Shown: one piece after another, positions 35,410 through 45,668 of the stretch
How the letters are laid out: each line of letters opens with the position of its first letter
Numbering within the stretch: position 1 is the first letter of the stretch
Source of the DNA: a virus
Length of the DNA stretch: 64,000 nt
Reading direction: 5' to 3' (one strand)
IMG/VR virus record: IMGVR_UViG_3300048548_000653
Location: 12,978 to 76,977 of that record
Position numbers and translations under genes: made by a program
The notes under the pieces: model-generated
Told to the model about the DNA's origin: nothing
The model's database searches: none
Seen by the model: the letters and a program-made list of their open reading frames with translations, nothing else

Positions 35410-37728
35410 TTATATTGCGCAGGCTTCGCAGTATTCTTCATACTCGTCATCTGTGCCAGTAAATTCACCACGTGCCAAAGGTTGATCTACTTGTGTTTCT
35501 TCCTGTAATTCACTTGGATCAGTTTTATAATCATAAGTGTTTTGATAATAACTAGTTTTCCATCCTAGTTTATATGTTTGTAATAGGTCTTGTATCATTA
35601 CACTCATTGGAACTTCATTGTCAGGATATTGTGTAGGATTGTAACTCCAGTTGCCACTAATTGCTTGATCAAAGAACTTTTGCATAACTGCAACAACATT
35701 TATATATCCTTGATTACCATTCATTTCCCATAACAATGTGTAATAGTTCTTTAGAGTTTGGTACTGTGGAACAATCTGCTTAAGAGGCCCTTTTTTACTC
35801 TTCTTAACGGACAGGTAACCTCTAGGTGGCTCGATTCCATTTGTTGCGTTCGACACAACGGAACTGCTCTCTGAAGGCATTTGTGCGGACAATGTGCTGT
35901 GCCTAAGACCGAATTCCAATATGTCTTTCCTAAGAGATGCCCAATCATAATTTAACTTATTCTCTACAATGTTATCGACATCTTTCTTATATGTGTCAAT
36001 AGGAAGAATGCCGTCTGAGTATTTAGTGCGGTCAAAGTAGTCACAAGCACCACGTTCCTGCGCTAAGTTGTTGCTGGCTTTTAACAAATAGTATTGAAAT
36101 GCTTCTGTCAAATCGTGTACAAGTTTCCACGCTCTGTCTTCTTCGTAACTCACGTGATTTTTAGCAAGGTAATGTGCAAGTCCAATATAGCCTACACCAA
36201 GTGAACGTCTTGCCTTTGTGCTAATCTCTGCAGCCTTGATTGGATAACGTTGGTAATCAATTATTTCTTCTAAAGCTCTTACTGCTAAATCACATAATTC
36301 TTCTAAATCATCTAATGTTTTTATTGTGCCAATATTAATAGCACTTAAAATACACAAAGCTATTTCGCCTTCACTATCATCTATATGAGTAAGTGGTTTT
36401 GTTGGAAGTGTAATTTCTTGACATAGATTACTCATATAAACAGTGTCTTTAAATGAACTGTGCGTGTTACAATGATCAACATTCATAATATAAATGCGTC
36501 CAGTTTCTGCACGTTCTTTGATCAATGCTGAAAATAGTTCCATTGCATCAACTTTCTGTTTTTTGATGCTAGTTTTTCGCTCGTACATTTCGTACATTTC
36601 TTTAAACACGTCAGGATCCCCAAAATATGCTTCGTATAATCCTGGTACGTCGTGGGGGCTAAACAATGTAATGTCGCCGCCCCCGAGCAACCTTTCGTAC
36701 ATTGTTTTGTTAAGTTGAATAGAATAATCCAACTTACGAACTCTATTATCTTCTGTGCCTTTGTTGTTCTTGAGTACAAGTATGTCCTCAATCTCTTGAT
36801 GCCAAAACGGGAAGTGCGTTGTAGCACTACCGCCACGTACACCATTCTGTGTGCAACAACGCACTGTTGATTCAAACTTCTTTAGGAATGGGATGATTCC
36901 TGTGTGCGCAACTTCGCCTCCTCGAATTTTTGAATTAACTCCTCTGATGCGCCCTGCGTTAATGCCGATGCCAGCTCTCTGCGCTGTGTAACGTCCAATA
37001 GACATATCACTGGCAAAAATGGAATCAAGCGTGTCATCCGAATCAACGAGGACACAGGAGGCAAACTGTCTGACTGGTGTGCGCACTCCGGCCATAACCG
37101 GCGTTGGGATATTGATTCTAAAAAGTGAGGTCGCATCGTAGTATCTCCTTACATAGTGCATACGTGTTTCTTTAGGATAATTTGCAAATAACGTAGCTGC
37201 AATCATCATATACATAAACTGTGGCGTTTCAAATAATTGTCCATTGGAACGATCTTGGCAAAGGTATTTGTCTACAACTTGTCTTAGTCCAGCGTAGGTA
37301 AAGTTCTCGTCACGCTTGTGATTAATATAGCTATCTAAACGTTCAACTTCCTCAGATGTATAATTATTAAAAATGTCAGAATCATAAACACCTCGTTCAA
37401 TATTTTTCTCAATCATTTCTTGCAATGAACAAGATTCGTAACCTCCAAATACTTCTTTATTGGTTCCATACGAAAGCAATCTTGCTGCTGCGTATTGATA
37501 GTTTGGGTTTTCCAAACTAATTAGGTCATTTGCACTTCTAACTAAAATTTCTTGAATTTCTTTTGAGCTCATACCATTATAAAATTGAATATTTGCGTTC
37601 ATTTCGATTAAACTACTACTTACTCCAGCTAAATCCTTACAAGCGTGTTCTACTACTTTGTGGATTTTATCTATGTTTAGCTCTTCTTGTTCGCCATTAC
37701 GCTTAACGATCATGGTATTATCACTCAT
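35410..37728 (-). CDS. nrdA: ribonucleotide reductase class Ia alpha subunit
   Basis: ATP-cone VKRNG; QFASC; SNLCQEI; CILS; KTSYY; C-terminal CEAC. Confidence 0.97.
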   Translation of the reverse strand: MSDNTMIVKRNGEQEELNIDKIHKVVEHACKDLAGVSSSLIEMNANIQFYNGMSSKEIQEILVRSANDLISLENPNYQYAAARLLSYGTNKEVFGGYESCSLQEMIEKNIERGVYDSDIFNNYTSEEVERLDSYINHKRDENFTYAGLRQVVDKYLCQDRSNGQLFETPQFMYMMIAATLFANYPKETRMHYVRRYYDATSLFRINIPTPVMAGVRTPVRQFASCVLVDSDDTLDSIFASDMSIGRYTAQRAGIGINAGRIRGVNSKIRGGEVAHTGIIPFLKKFESTVRCCTQNGVRGGSATTHFPFWHQEIEDILVLKNNKGTEDNRVRKLDYSIQLNKTMYERLLGGGDITLFSPHDVPGLYEAYFGDPDVFKEMYEMYERKTSIKKQKVDAMELFSALIKERAETGRIYIMNVDHCNTHSSFKDTVYMSNLCQEITLPTKPLTHIDDSEGEIALCILSAINIGTIKTLDDLEELCDLAVRALEEIIDYQRYPIKAAEISTKARRSLGVGYIGLAHYLAKNHVSYEEDRAWKLVHDLTEAFQYYLLKASNNLAQERGACDYFDRTKYSDGILPIDTYKKDVDNIVENKLNYDWASLRKDILEFGLRHSTLSAQMPSESSSVVSNATNGIEPPRGYLSVKKSKKGPLKQIVPQYQTLKNYYTLLWEMNGNQGYINVVAVMQKFFDQAISGNWSYNPTQYPDNEVPMSVMIQDLLQTYKLGWKTSYYQNTYDYKTDPSELQEETQVDQPLARGEFTGTDDEYEEYCEACAI

Positions 37729-37749
37729 ATTATCTCCTGTTACTTTAAA

Positions 37750-38223
37750 TTAATTATACTGAGGCAGTTTAGAATATTGAACTTCTGAAACCAATTTATT
37801 TTGCCTATAAAATCCAACACTACCATTATTATAAATTCCAATTGTTATATTGTCAACTGAAAGTAGATACAAATACCTACTTTTATCTCTGTCTAGTGTT
37901 ATGTTTATCTTAAAATTGGCCTCAGAAAAACGGTCTGTTAATTGTAATGTGTAAAAAATTGCAAGTAATTTTTTAAATTCACAATAATCATTTTGTTGAA
38001 TCATTTCCCAAGGATCGGGCCAAGTTGTTTCATCATATGGATCTGTACTAATTGCATTTGTAGGAATGTTATTCCAAAAATCAAACAGAAGTTTAAATGG
38101 ATCTGCACTAGTTTCTACAGTATTTCTTAATTTTTTCCAAACGGTTATTCTCTTGTAATAATCTAATGGAAACATATTAAAACATATAAGTGCTAGTAAA
38201 TGTAAAGTCGTCTGAGCCAACAC
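37750..38223 (-). CDS. hypothetical phage protein (true start probably downstream of ORF-track start)
   Basis: DPYDETTWPDPWEMI..YC motif. Confidence 0.55.
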   Translation of the reverse strand: MLAQTTLHLLALICFNMFPLDYYKRITVWKKLRNTVETSADPFKLLFDFWNNIPTNAISTDPYDETTWPDPWEMIQQNDYCEFKKLLAIFYTLQLTDRFSEANFKINITLDRDKSRYLYLLSVDNITIGIYNNGSVGFYRQNKLVSEVQYSKLPQYN

Positions 38224-39787
38224 CTTCGTCTAGTGTTAGATTTTTAACTTCAATCAAAATTTTGTTTGCAGATAAATTTGCTCTAAATTCTAAAGCATTT
38301 AATAATGTACTATTACCAGTAAAGGTGAAATCATCTCCAAAGTCAACGGTGCTAGTGCTTAATGACTTATTCCATTCAAAACGCCAAGTGCCTCTTCTTG
38401 CAACTGGACCCGGAGTGTTGTTTGCAGTATATCTATATTCTACAAGGATGACACCTTTATCCACTGGTGCAGGTAAGCCCATAAAATATTCATAATCAAG
38501 TTTACCTAAAATACTTGTACTTACAGGAAAACTTAATTCAACTTTATTTGGTCCTTCAACTTCGGGTGGATAAAGTGCTGTGTTCAGTAAAGGATCAACT
38601 GTTAAATCTGCTGTACGTTGAAAAAAGTCACCAGTGCTAACGTTGCCATCTTTTCCAAATCTAATTACACTATCGGTTGCATTTTGGCTATTTGCTCCAT
38701 CAGTGCCCACAAAATTAAATTTGTTATTTCTCGATGTGTTGTATTTGCCGTTGTCAATAATAATAGCCTGAGCATCTATATTATTAAAAAGCATATTTTC
38801 TAGAGTATTGTATTGCGGACCTGTCTGCTGACCTGCTGCACCAATAATGCTATCAATACCAAATTTAAAACCATAACCACAAGTTTCAATTCTTCCACCA
38901 TCAAATTGATTATAACTAGTATCGTCATCTGACAAATATGCGTAGGCCATATTTTCAACGTTTACGTTTTTAAAAATGTTTTGATTAGAGTCTAATGAAC
39001 CTATACTTCCACTACGTAATTTAAAAGCGCCATAATCAACATCAGCACTGTCTCCAAAACTCCATTGTCCAACAATTCTCAAATTAGTAAATAGACTATC
39101 TCTACAATTTTGTAATATAACAGTTCCACCGTAACTACTATGAGTTATTGTCATATCACGTAAAGTGATGTATCTTGGTTGATTTGTACTGTCGTTTGTG
39201 CTGTCATCTGCATAATTACCACTACCAACACTTTCACCATTTTTGGTATAGAATGCATTAGCACCTGTGCAGGTAATCAATGTTTTACCTATACCATCGC
39301 CGACAATGTTTGCAAATGGAGGAATAAAGATTGAACTAGTAACTTGATATTCGCCTGCCGGTATACGCAATGTAATATTTTTATTAGCACCGCCTATAGG
39401 TGATAAAAACAATTGATCAACTGCTCTTTGTAATGCTGCTGTTTGATCTGAGCCATCGCCTGTTGCACCAAAGTCTGTGACACTTACAATATCATCTAGT
39501 TTTTGTGCAATAGAACGCTGAATAGGAGTTGCACCAGTAGCACCCGTCTGCACATTGTCATTAGTTCTATATGTGTATTGTCCTACTAGATCAAGAATGT
39601 TGCTTTTTAATGTAAGTATTTCTGTGTTACCTGTAGCAGGAGCACCTTCACTTACACTACCATTACCTATATAAAGTTTTTGTAGATCAACTGCCCATCC
39701 TAGTTCACCACTTGAAAGTTGCGGCACACCCGATACCCTAGCTTTACCTCTACGATTTTGTATCCTTGAAATCTGTACAACGGCCAT
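38177..39787 (-). CDS. virion tail/baseplate protein with pectin-lyase-like beta-helix
   Basis: QNRRG..PQLSSGELGW..D.QKLYIG N-domain; VSVTDFGATGDG...IPAGEY. Confidence 0.75.
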   Translation of the reverse strand: MAVVQISRIQNRRGKARVSGVPQLSSGELGWAVDLQKLYIGNGSVSEGAPATGNTEILTLKSNILDLVGQYTYRTNDNVQTGATGATPIQRSIAQKLDDIVSVTDFGATGDGSDQTAALQRAVDQLFLSPIGGANKNITLRIPAGEYQVTSSIFIPPFANIVGDGIGKTLITCTGANAFYTKNGESVGSGNYADDSTNDSTNQPRYITLRDMTITHSSYGGTVILQNCRDSLFTNLRIVGQWSFGDSADVDYGAFKLRSGSIGSLDSNQNIFKNVNVENMAYAYLSDDDTSYNQFDGGRIETCGYGFKFGIDSIIGAAGQQTGPQYNTLENMLFNNIDAQAIIIDNGKYNTSRNNKFNFVGTDGANSQNATDSVIRFGKDGNVSTGDFFQRTADLTVDPLLNTALYPPEVEGPNKVELSFPVSTSILGKLDYEYFMGLPAPVDKGVILVEYRYTANNTPGPVARRGTWRFEWNKSLSTSTVDFGDDFTFTGNSTLLNALEFRANLSANKILIEVKNLTLDEGVGSDDFTFTSTYMF

Positions 39788-39814
39788 TCTTAACTCCTGA
39801 ATTATTGTTAGTAT

Positions 39815-40699
39815 TTAGCCGTTGATTAAGTTAAACTGATTCTTCAACTGTGCAACTACCGCTTGCCTAGTAATGCCCATCCTTTCAGCTATCTCATTAT
39901 TAGATAGATTTGCGTGATAAAAGTCAAGTAATTGTTTTAATCTTTCTTCTGTCCAACCCTTCCTTTTGTTCATATAGTCACGGTGTTCCTTATTATATTT
40001 CGCTCTTAAAACAGGATCTTTCATACGCTCTCTTCGCTGTTTAGCTCTGTGTATTGGATCACCAGTCAACCCGTGCTTGTAATTAGCATTACCAAATCCG
40101 CTACGATTTTTGCTGTAATTTGCTTTAGTTTCTTCGCTATGACGGAACCCAAGACCGCCATTTAATTTTGCACGTGACGCCACTATTTTTTCAATAGTTT
40201 CTTTTGGTTGCTTTTTACCTAGCAAATGTGGAACTAATTCGCCGCTTGCAAACATACGTTTTTTTGTTTCGCTTTGTCTTTTGTTCATTTCAGCTGTAGG
40301 CTTCCAGCCTTTCCTACGTGTAGCCCACTCGTTTTTCATCCATTGACGTTTAGCTTCTCTTTGTTCCTCTGTCAATTTTCTGCCATACATATGATTATTA
40401 GGTCCTGATTGATCTATGTATCTTGGATCGCCTATTCCAACATTGTAATATCTATTCCAACATCTTTTTTTCCTGTTCTTTAGATATGTGTGCTCTACAA
40501 ATGCTATTTCTTCTTTAGTGCCTGTAAAAATAATTCTACGTCTAAATCCTTGAGGAATGTTATCCTTTGTAAAACTCTCCATCAACGTAGATGAATGAGT
40601 ATAACTATTGTCTGGACTGCCTTGATGCTTTCCTATGTAATACATTTTGTTTTTTGCATCATACCAAATGTAAACAAAGCCGTCATCCGTGTTTTTCAT
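39815..40699 (-). mobile_element. free-standing GIY-YIG (Seg-like) homing endonuclease with NUMOD3-like repeats and C-terminal HTH
   Basis: FVYIWYD..NKMYYIGKHQG; MYGRKLTEEQ, GKKQPKET, RHSEETK; SNNEIAERMGITRQAV. Confidence 0.82.
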
Positions 40700-41366
40700 A
40701 ATACTGCCTGCATCTATTCCACCACTCTTGTTCCCACTCTGCGAACTCGTCTGGCCACAAATCAAACTGCTGATACTCCAAGCCTCTACTGCACATAAAA
40801 ATGTGTCCTTCACGTATGTCTGTGCCGTGTACTTCGTTGTGCCCTAATGCATATGCTGTAAGCTGTAAATAATAATCCTCTACCCATTCAGGCTTTTTGG
40901 GTTTATTGGTTTGCTTAAAATCCATAATACAAGGATTGCCTTTGTATTGTCCTACCAAGTCAGTAGTACCTGCATAAATGTTAGGAACATAAAGGGGTAC
41001 TTCGCTTCCCCATATCTCATCTACGTGTACCATTGCTTCATCACGTATGACACAAGCCATTTGATATGCTTGTTGTGCATAAGGATTACTACCTGCACTT
41101 TCTGTCCACACGCCGTTGTCAACATAGTCTTCAAGATACTTGTGCATACGTGTGCCTACGCCGCTGGCTTCGGTTACAATCTCTTGTGCTTTTTGTTCAC
41201 CTACACGTTTTTTCCACGCAATAAGATGACTCATATCTTTGGTACCGCTAAGAATAGTAGTTACGCTTGCTACTGGTGCACCACCTGGTGCAGCGTAACG
41301 GCGTTTGCCATTTACTTCTACACGTTTTAATTTTTCGTATGTATACTTAGGTTTGATTAATGTCAT
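40683..41366 (-). CDS. PD-(D/E)XK exonuclease (MGME1/YqaJ-like phage exonuclease)
   Basis: SVTTIL, GTRMH, E..YAGTTD...DFKQT, Y.LQLTAY. Confidence 0.85.
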   Translation of the reverse strand: MTLIKPKYTYEKLKRVEVNGKRRYAAPGGAPVASVTTILSGTKDMSHLIAWKKRVGEQKAQEIVTEASGVGTRMHKYLEDYVDNGVWTESAGSNPYAQQAYQMACVIRDEAMVHVDEIWGSEVPLYVPNIYAGTTDLVGQYKGNPCIMDFKQTNKPKKPEWVEDYYLQLTAYALGHNEVHGTDIREGHIFMCSRGLEYQQFDLWPDEFAEWEQEWWNRCRQYYEKHG

Positions 41367-41380
41367 ACGTTATGATAACA

Positions 41381-41677
41381 TTAAAGATCGGATAAGTCAA
41401 CGGCTCGTTTTGCCATTTTTCCTACACTGTCTCCATCAGCACCGCCTTTTGGTGCTTTGTCAACGAAACTTACTTCTTCCTGTGTGTAGTGTCCAATTAG
41501 TCCTTTGATTCTTTCGTCTGCTTGGTAAGCTGCATCAAATGTTTCATAGTTAAACTGTGGAACTTCATTGTTGTCCATCATTTTGTCTAAATCTTCAAAT
41601 GAAATAGACTGGACACCTTCTGACTTCAATAGTCGAAGTAATCGATAAAGATTGTCGCTGTTTACTTCTTCAGTTAC
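41381..41677 (-). CDS. ORF probably expressed as -1 frameshift extension of 41674..42858
   Basis: open from the A9G run; only in-frame start near its 5' end is a TTG (41629) without SD. Confidence 0.55.
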   Translation of the reverse strand, partial: VTEEVNSDNLYRLLRLLKSEGVQSISFEDLDKMMDNNEVPQFNYETFDAAYQADERIKGLIGHYTQEEVSFVDKAPKGGADGDSVGKMAKRAVDLSDL

Positions 41678-42858
41678 TTTTTTTTTGAAAGTGTACGTGC
41701 TAGTTTACGTGAGTCAACACTTTCACTCGGTGCTGCTCTACGATCGCCTCTCATAGCTTTTAATTTTGCAAGTGCTTGTGGATTTAATTTCAATACACCT
41801 GCATCAATCATCATTTTTACAGCCGGATCATCTAGCATAAATTCTGCAGGAACTTTGTTTCCATCTTTATCAAATGTCCAATATTGTTTACCTTTGATAT
41901 TTTGTTTTGGTCCTGAACCAAACTTATTTTGAATACTTTTTTGTAAATTTAGATCTGCAGGATCGTTGCTGTCCATTCCACCAAACTCGTCTAGTTCAAC
42001 ACTTTCACGTGTCTCTCTGCCTGCTGGTTCTTCGCCGCCTGCTGCTGCTGGTGCTGCTGCAAAATCATCATCTGCGGGTGGCACAACACCTGCTGCATCA
42101 TCCATATCAACGGTTGGCTCTAAGCCTGCAGCCATATCGTCGCCGCCCATTGGAGGCTGCATTTCACCTTCGCCTGTCAACATCATAACACCACTACTCA
42201 GTGCGCCTCTAGTTGACTCTAATGAAGCATAAAGTTCGTCCAAGCTTGCTTTGATTGTTTCAACATACTGGTTACTTTGATCTACGCCCATTTCGTCTCT
42301 AACAGCATCAGCAAGATCCAACATTGATTCTGTTTTCATTTCTGCTGTATCTTCCATCCAACCTGTTACTCTGTCAACCATATCCTTAGCTGCCATAACA
42401 ATCTCTGCTTGGTCTTCTGCACCTTCACGTACAACAGATTCTTTTGCTTCTGCATCTGCTTTTTTGTTACCAGCATCGACCATTGCTTTGATACCTTTAG
42501 ACTTTTTGTCTTTGGCTGCTTTTTTCATTGGCTCTTTTTTGTCGCCATCTTTATCCAAATCAAGGAAATCTGGCTTTGCACCTTCTAGCATATCATCATC
42601 AATGTCACCACGTTCACTAATTTCAGCATTTAACACATCTAAAAATAATTTAGATTTTTGATACTCATCGCTTTCAACTACATTACTAAAACTTTCGTTC
42701 ATTTCGATTTGACTTAGTCTTGTTCTAAGTTTGTTACGAGCATTATGTAATTGTGCTAGTGTAAAAGATTCTAATGCAATGCGTTTTCCGAAACGTTTTG
42801 CAAGGCTTTCGTTTAATTTTTTTGCTGTTACTGGTTTAGCGAACTCTGAAATATTCAT
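41674..42858 (-). CDS. acidic phage late protein (probable head/scaffold-associated)
   Basis: late promoter and RBS; acidic, low-complexity; KPDFLDLDKDGDKKEPMKKA; ends SKKK. Confidence 0.6.
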   Translation of the reverse strand: MNISEFAKPVTAKKLNESLAKRFGKRIALESFTLAQLHNARNKLRTRLSQIEMNESFSNVVESDEYQKSKLFLDVLNAEISERGDIDDDMLEGAKPDFLDLDKDGDKKEPMKKAAKDKKSKGIKAMVDAGNKKADAEAKESVVREGAEDQAEIVMAAKDMVDRVTGWMEDTAEMKTESMLDLADAVRDEMGVDQSNQYVETIKASLDELYASLESTRGALSSGVMMLTGEGEMQPPMGGDDMAAGLEPTVDMDDAAGVVPPADDDFAAAPAAAGGEEPAGRETRESVELDEFGGMDSNDPADLNLQKSIQNKFGSGPKQNIKGKQYWTFDKDGNKVPAEFMLDDPAVKMMIDAGVLKLNPQALAKLKAMRGDRRAAPSESVDSRKLARTLSKKK

Positions 42859-42892
42859 TGGTGATTTCCTATGTTATTAAAAGTATTTATCT

Positions 42893-43306
42893 CTAGTAAA
42901 AGATTATTTGTTCTAATTTATTATTAATTGCACGTAGTTCGTCGTATGCAACACTTAATCTAATATCTAGCACATCTTTTTTGTGGTCATCTTTAGTTTT
43001 ATCTATTGTATGTTGATAAAATCTTGCATCTAATTCGTGTTTTTGTATTTTTTGATCTAAAACTAGGATGTAATTTATCTTTTCATTTTCATTATATAAT
43101 TTTGCTATTGCAAGAGCACTATGCTTACTATAAACTGATCCTATTTGTTCTTGTTTTTTACTATCAAATAAAATAAAGCTTTTGTCTTTTAGTTGGCGTA
43201 TAACAACAGGTCCAATGCGTATAGAGTTACCTACCTTTACAGGCAAAGGATGTTTCTTCACTCCACAAGAAATGAGAGTTTTTAATTCATTAATTAGATG
43301 CTGCAT
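42893..43306 (-). CDS. hypothetical protein
   Basis: 137-aa ORF in late operon. Confidence 0.55.
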   Translation of the reverse strand: MQHLINELKTLISCGVKKHPLPVKVGNSIRIGPVVIRQLKDKSFILFDSKKQEQIGSVYSKHSALAIAKLYNENEKINYILVLDQKIQKHELDARFYQHTIDKTKDDHKKDVLDIRLSVAYDELRAINNKLEQIIFY

Positions 43307-43499
43307 TATTAACCAGATACTGCTTTCCTTGATATAAGACTTTTTTAATTATATCTTTTCTTATCAAATTGTCAAGAACATATTGCTGTCTTTCTGTAAA
43401 TTCTTCGTAATCACATAATGTTTCCATTTTTGCAAGTAATTTCTTTTCCTCTAAAGAAATTTGTACTCTAAGTTCATTAGTGATTTGTTTAAAATTCAT
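43290..43499 (-). CDS. hypothetical protein (winged-helix-like)
   Basis: 69-aa ORF; TERQQYVLDNLIRKD. Confidence 0.5.
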   Translation of the reverse strand: MNFKQITNELRVQISLEEKKLLAKMETLCDYEEFTERQQYVLDNLIRKDIIKKVLYQGKQYLVNNAASN

Positions 43500-43765
43500 T
43501 AGACTGCTGTGCTACCAGTTGTATTAGCAGCACCCATCGTATCTGGTTGTTGCGCTTGTTGCGCTTTTGATTTTCTTGCAGCGGCAACAGCTAGAGTCGC
43601 TGCTCTAACTTGTTCGTCTGCTGATTTTTTTTGTAAGGTAAGTTGACGCATTTGGTCTTGAATAGAAACTACACCGTCTTTTGCCTGTTGCAATGCATCT
43701 TGTGCTTGCTTAACCGGATCTACCATTGGTGCCTCATCTAGTTTTTGTAAATCAGTGATTTTCAT
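43499..43765 (-). CDS. hypothetical coiled-coil protein
   Basis: MKITDL..LDE start; Ala/Gln-rich. Confidence 0.55.
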   Translation of the reverse strand: MKITDLQKLDEAPMVDPVKQAQDALQQAKDGVVSIQDQMRQLTLQKKSADEQVRAATLAVAAARKSKAQQAQQPDTMGAANTTGSTAV

Positions 43766-44022
43766 CTATTCATTGCCTTTACTCTGATACTCGCTGCATT
43801 AGTCTTTTTTGTACGTTTTGCTTTACGAGTCATTTTGCTTCCCATTCTTGCTTTGGTTATTGCTAACCTAAGTCTTTTCTTTACGTCTGGTGGAGCAAAA
43901 CATTGGGCTACATTTGTAACTGTTCTACCTTTTCTTGGACCGGAGGTACATCGGTATTTTCTTACTACCTTATTTCCTCTTTTGGCGAATACCTGTCTTT
44001 CAAAAAGTTCTCTAATTAACAT
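43762..44022 (-). CDS. basic phage protein
   Basis: MLIRELFE...KYRCTSGPRKGR..C. Confidence 0.6.
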   Translation of the reverse strand: MLIRELFERQVFAKRGNKVVRKYRCTSGPRKGRTVTNVAQCFAPPDVKKRLRLAITKARMGSKMTRKAKRTKKTNAASIRVKAMNR

Positions 44023-44023
44023 T

Positions 44024-44254
44024 TTACAATTGCATAACGATAACAACTATAGTTGATAATAAACCTGCTACAATTGTGCCTGCTGCTCCTATAATAACTT
44101 TTACAAGGCTTTGTTGTCCTGATGCCATTTGTTCGGCAATGCCGTCTAGTTTATCTTCAACAGTGCTTAGACGCTTTTCAAATTGTTCGTAGCGTAATGC
44201 ACACAAATCTACGTGTGCTTCTAAGCTCTCTTTTTCGATTGATTTAGTCGACAT
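44024..44254 (-). CDS. coiled-coil plus C-terminal TM protein (holin/XhlA-like architecture)
   Basis: LEAHVDLCALRY heptads; single C-terminal TM. Confidence 0.5.
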   Translation of the reverse strand: MSTKSIEKESLEAHVDLCALRYEQFEKRLSTVEDKLDGIAEQMASGQQSLVKVIIGAAGTIVAGLLSTIVVIVMQL

Positions 44255-44330
44255 TCATTACTCCAATATATTTACGACAGGAAATAGCCTTTTCGTTACC
44301 TAATAAATGCCTAAGTGTTCTACCACTGTA

Positions 44331-44705
44331 TTATTTATCATCAACTATACCAAAAAGAATATTAATTTTTTCTCCTTTTGTAATAAAAATTGGCTGATCG
44401 AAATTCGCAGTTTCATTTAATTCGGTCACAAAAGGAACCAGCATAAAATCTTTGCATAGCATTTCTAAATTTAAAGCGTCTTCATATTCAACAGTAAAAT
44501 TCAATTGCCAAGCTTTATTGTCGCCAAATACATCGTTTTTAGTTATAAAAGGATCAAAGTTAATAGTTGGGTTTACCCTAAGTCCAATTGTGTTTATCAC
44601 TGTGAGAAAGTTTTGTTTTTGTCCATATAAAATTTTGTCTTCTCTTGAAGTCCTTGGATGATTTGTAATATCAACTGTGGTTATTAAATAAAAGTTAGTA
44701 TGCAT
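44331..44705 (-). CDS. hypothetical phage protein
   Basis: TTVDIT..QKQNF..IGLR. Confidence 0.55.
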   Translation of the reverse strand: MHTNFYLITTVDITNHPRTSREDKILYGQKQNFLTVINTIGLRVNPTINFDPFITKNDVFGDNKAWQLNFTVEYEDALNLEMLCKDFMLVPFVTELNETANFDQPIFITKGEKINILFGIVDDK

Positions 44706-45249
44706 AGCCGTATTCAATAATATCCTTTAGGAATATATCCCAAACCAAGTCTCGTAATTCTGGTGTATATAAATCTTTATAATTGTGTTCTCTAGATAAG
44801 TTTAACACAGGCAAGGGCTTATTGCAACCTAATAGTTCTTGTATCTGTACAAAGTCATCTTCCAGTGTTTCGTATTTGAGTATAATAGTATGTGTACCAA
44901 ACCAACTGTGCTGTGGAGTATGCAATCTATACCAATTACGAGCCCAAAGTAAAAAGGGTTGATAACTTAAATTAGTTTCAAAGTTGCTTACTCTACTCAA
45001 CAACCACTGCTTGAAGTTTGTTCTGCCGCCGTCGCTGAACATATACCAACTTGCCATCCTTGCCCAAGGATTGCGTACAACACCAAATGTTTTTTGTGTG
45101 CGTGGAAAGTATTCGTTGACTTCTACAATGTGTCCGTGCTTACGGCCTTCAATAGTGGTAAAGTTTGTGTCTAGCCAATTCGAAATACTGGTGCCAGCAG
45201 TTTTAGGATTATGTATAAATGTGACTTGCTCATTAGGTAGGTGTCGCAT
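44695..45249 (-). CDS. sulfotransferase (Sulfotransfer_2-like)
   Basis: FIHNPKTAGTS (5'PSB); VRNPWARMASWY (3'PB). Confidence 0.85.
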   Translation of the reverse strand: MRHLPNEQVTFIHNPKTAGTSISNWLDTNFTTIEGRKHGHIVEVNEYFPRTQKTFGVVRNPWARMASWYMFSDGGRTNFKQWLLSRVSNFETNLSYQPFLLWARNWYRLHTPQHSWFGTHTIILKYETLEDDFVQIQELLGCNKPLPVLNLSREHNYKDLYTPELRDLVWDIFLKDIIEYGYAY

Positions 45250-45266
45250 ACTATATTTACAGTCAC

Positions 45267-45296
45267 AAAAAAAGGCCCACTTAAAAAGTGAGCCTT
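45267..45296 (-). terminator. Rho-independent terminator
   Basis: aaggctcactt...aagtgggcc followed by T run on minus strand. Confidence 0.7.
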
Positions 45297-45320
45297 AATT
45301 ATTATTAAGTTAATTAAAAC

Positions 45321-45668
45321 TTATGCTGCGTCGAACGCATCCAAATCACGGATAAGAACAACTTGTGATGATAAATCAATACCGTCTACTGTTCCTAATG
45401 CTTGGTGTCTAGCTGTCAAAGACGCTGCATCTGAATGATGTCCGTCGATGATTGCAAAGATTTTACCTGCTGTACCTGTTGATTTGTACATTAATGGTGA
45501 AAACTCACGTACGATTGTTTCAATCGCTCCGCCAATTCCGTCTTTTGCTGCTAATGAAGCACCAGCGTCGATTTCGATCGCTGTAATTTGTGATGTGCTG
45601 TACTGTTCGCCGTGATCATAACCTGATCCTGTTCCCGCTACTGGGTTTACTCTTGTGAAAGCTGCCAT
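45321..45668 (-). CDS. small abundant virion protein (putative)
   Basis: own late promoter, strong AGGAG, terminator; MAAFTRVN start. Confidence 0.55.
   Translation of the reverse strand: MAAFTRVNPVAGTGSGYDHGEQYSTSQITAIEIDAGASLAAKDGIGGAIETIVREFSPLMYKSTGTAGKIFAIIDGHHSDAASLTARHQALGTVDGIDLSSQVVLIRDLDAFDAA

Noticed and set aside
34232-37728. Intron or intein in nrdA/nrdB
   Set aside because: Both ORFs are uninterrupted and of normal length.
40700-40813. N-terminal extension of the homing endonuclease given in the ORF track
   Set aside because: It lies inside the exonuclease gene; the GIY-YIG motif begins right after ATG 40699.
42520-42580. EF-hand-like DLDKDGD in 41674..42858
   Set aside because: Single motif in a low-complexity region without a paired EF-hand; calcium binding cannot be supported.
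44255-44330. Short AGGC/AGGT repeats in the leader of the holin-like gene
   Set aside because: Too short and degenerate to distinguish from chance without homologous sequences.
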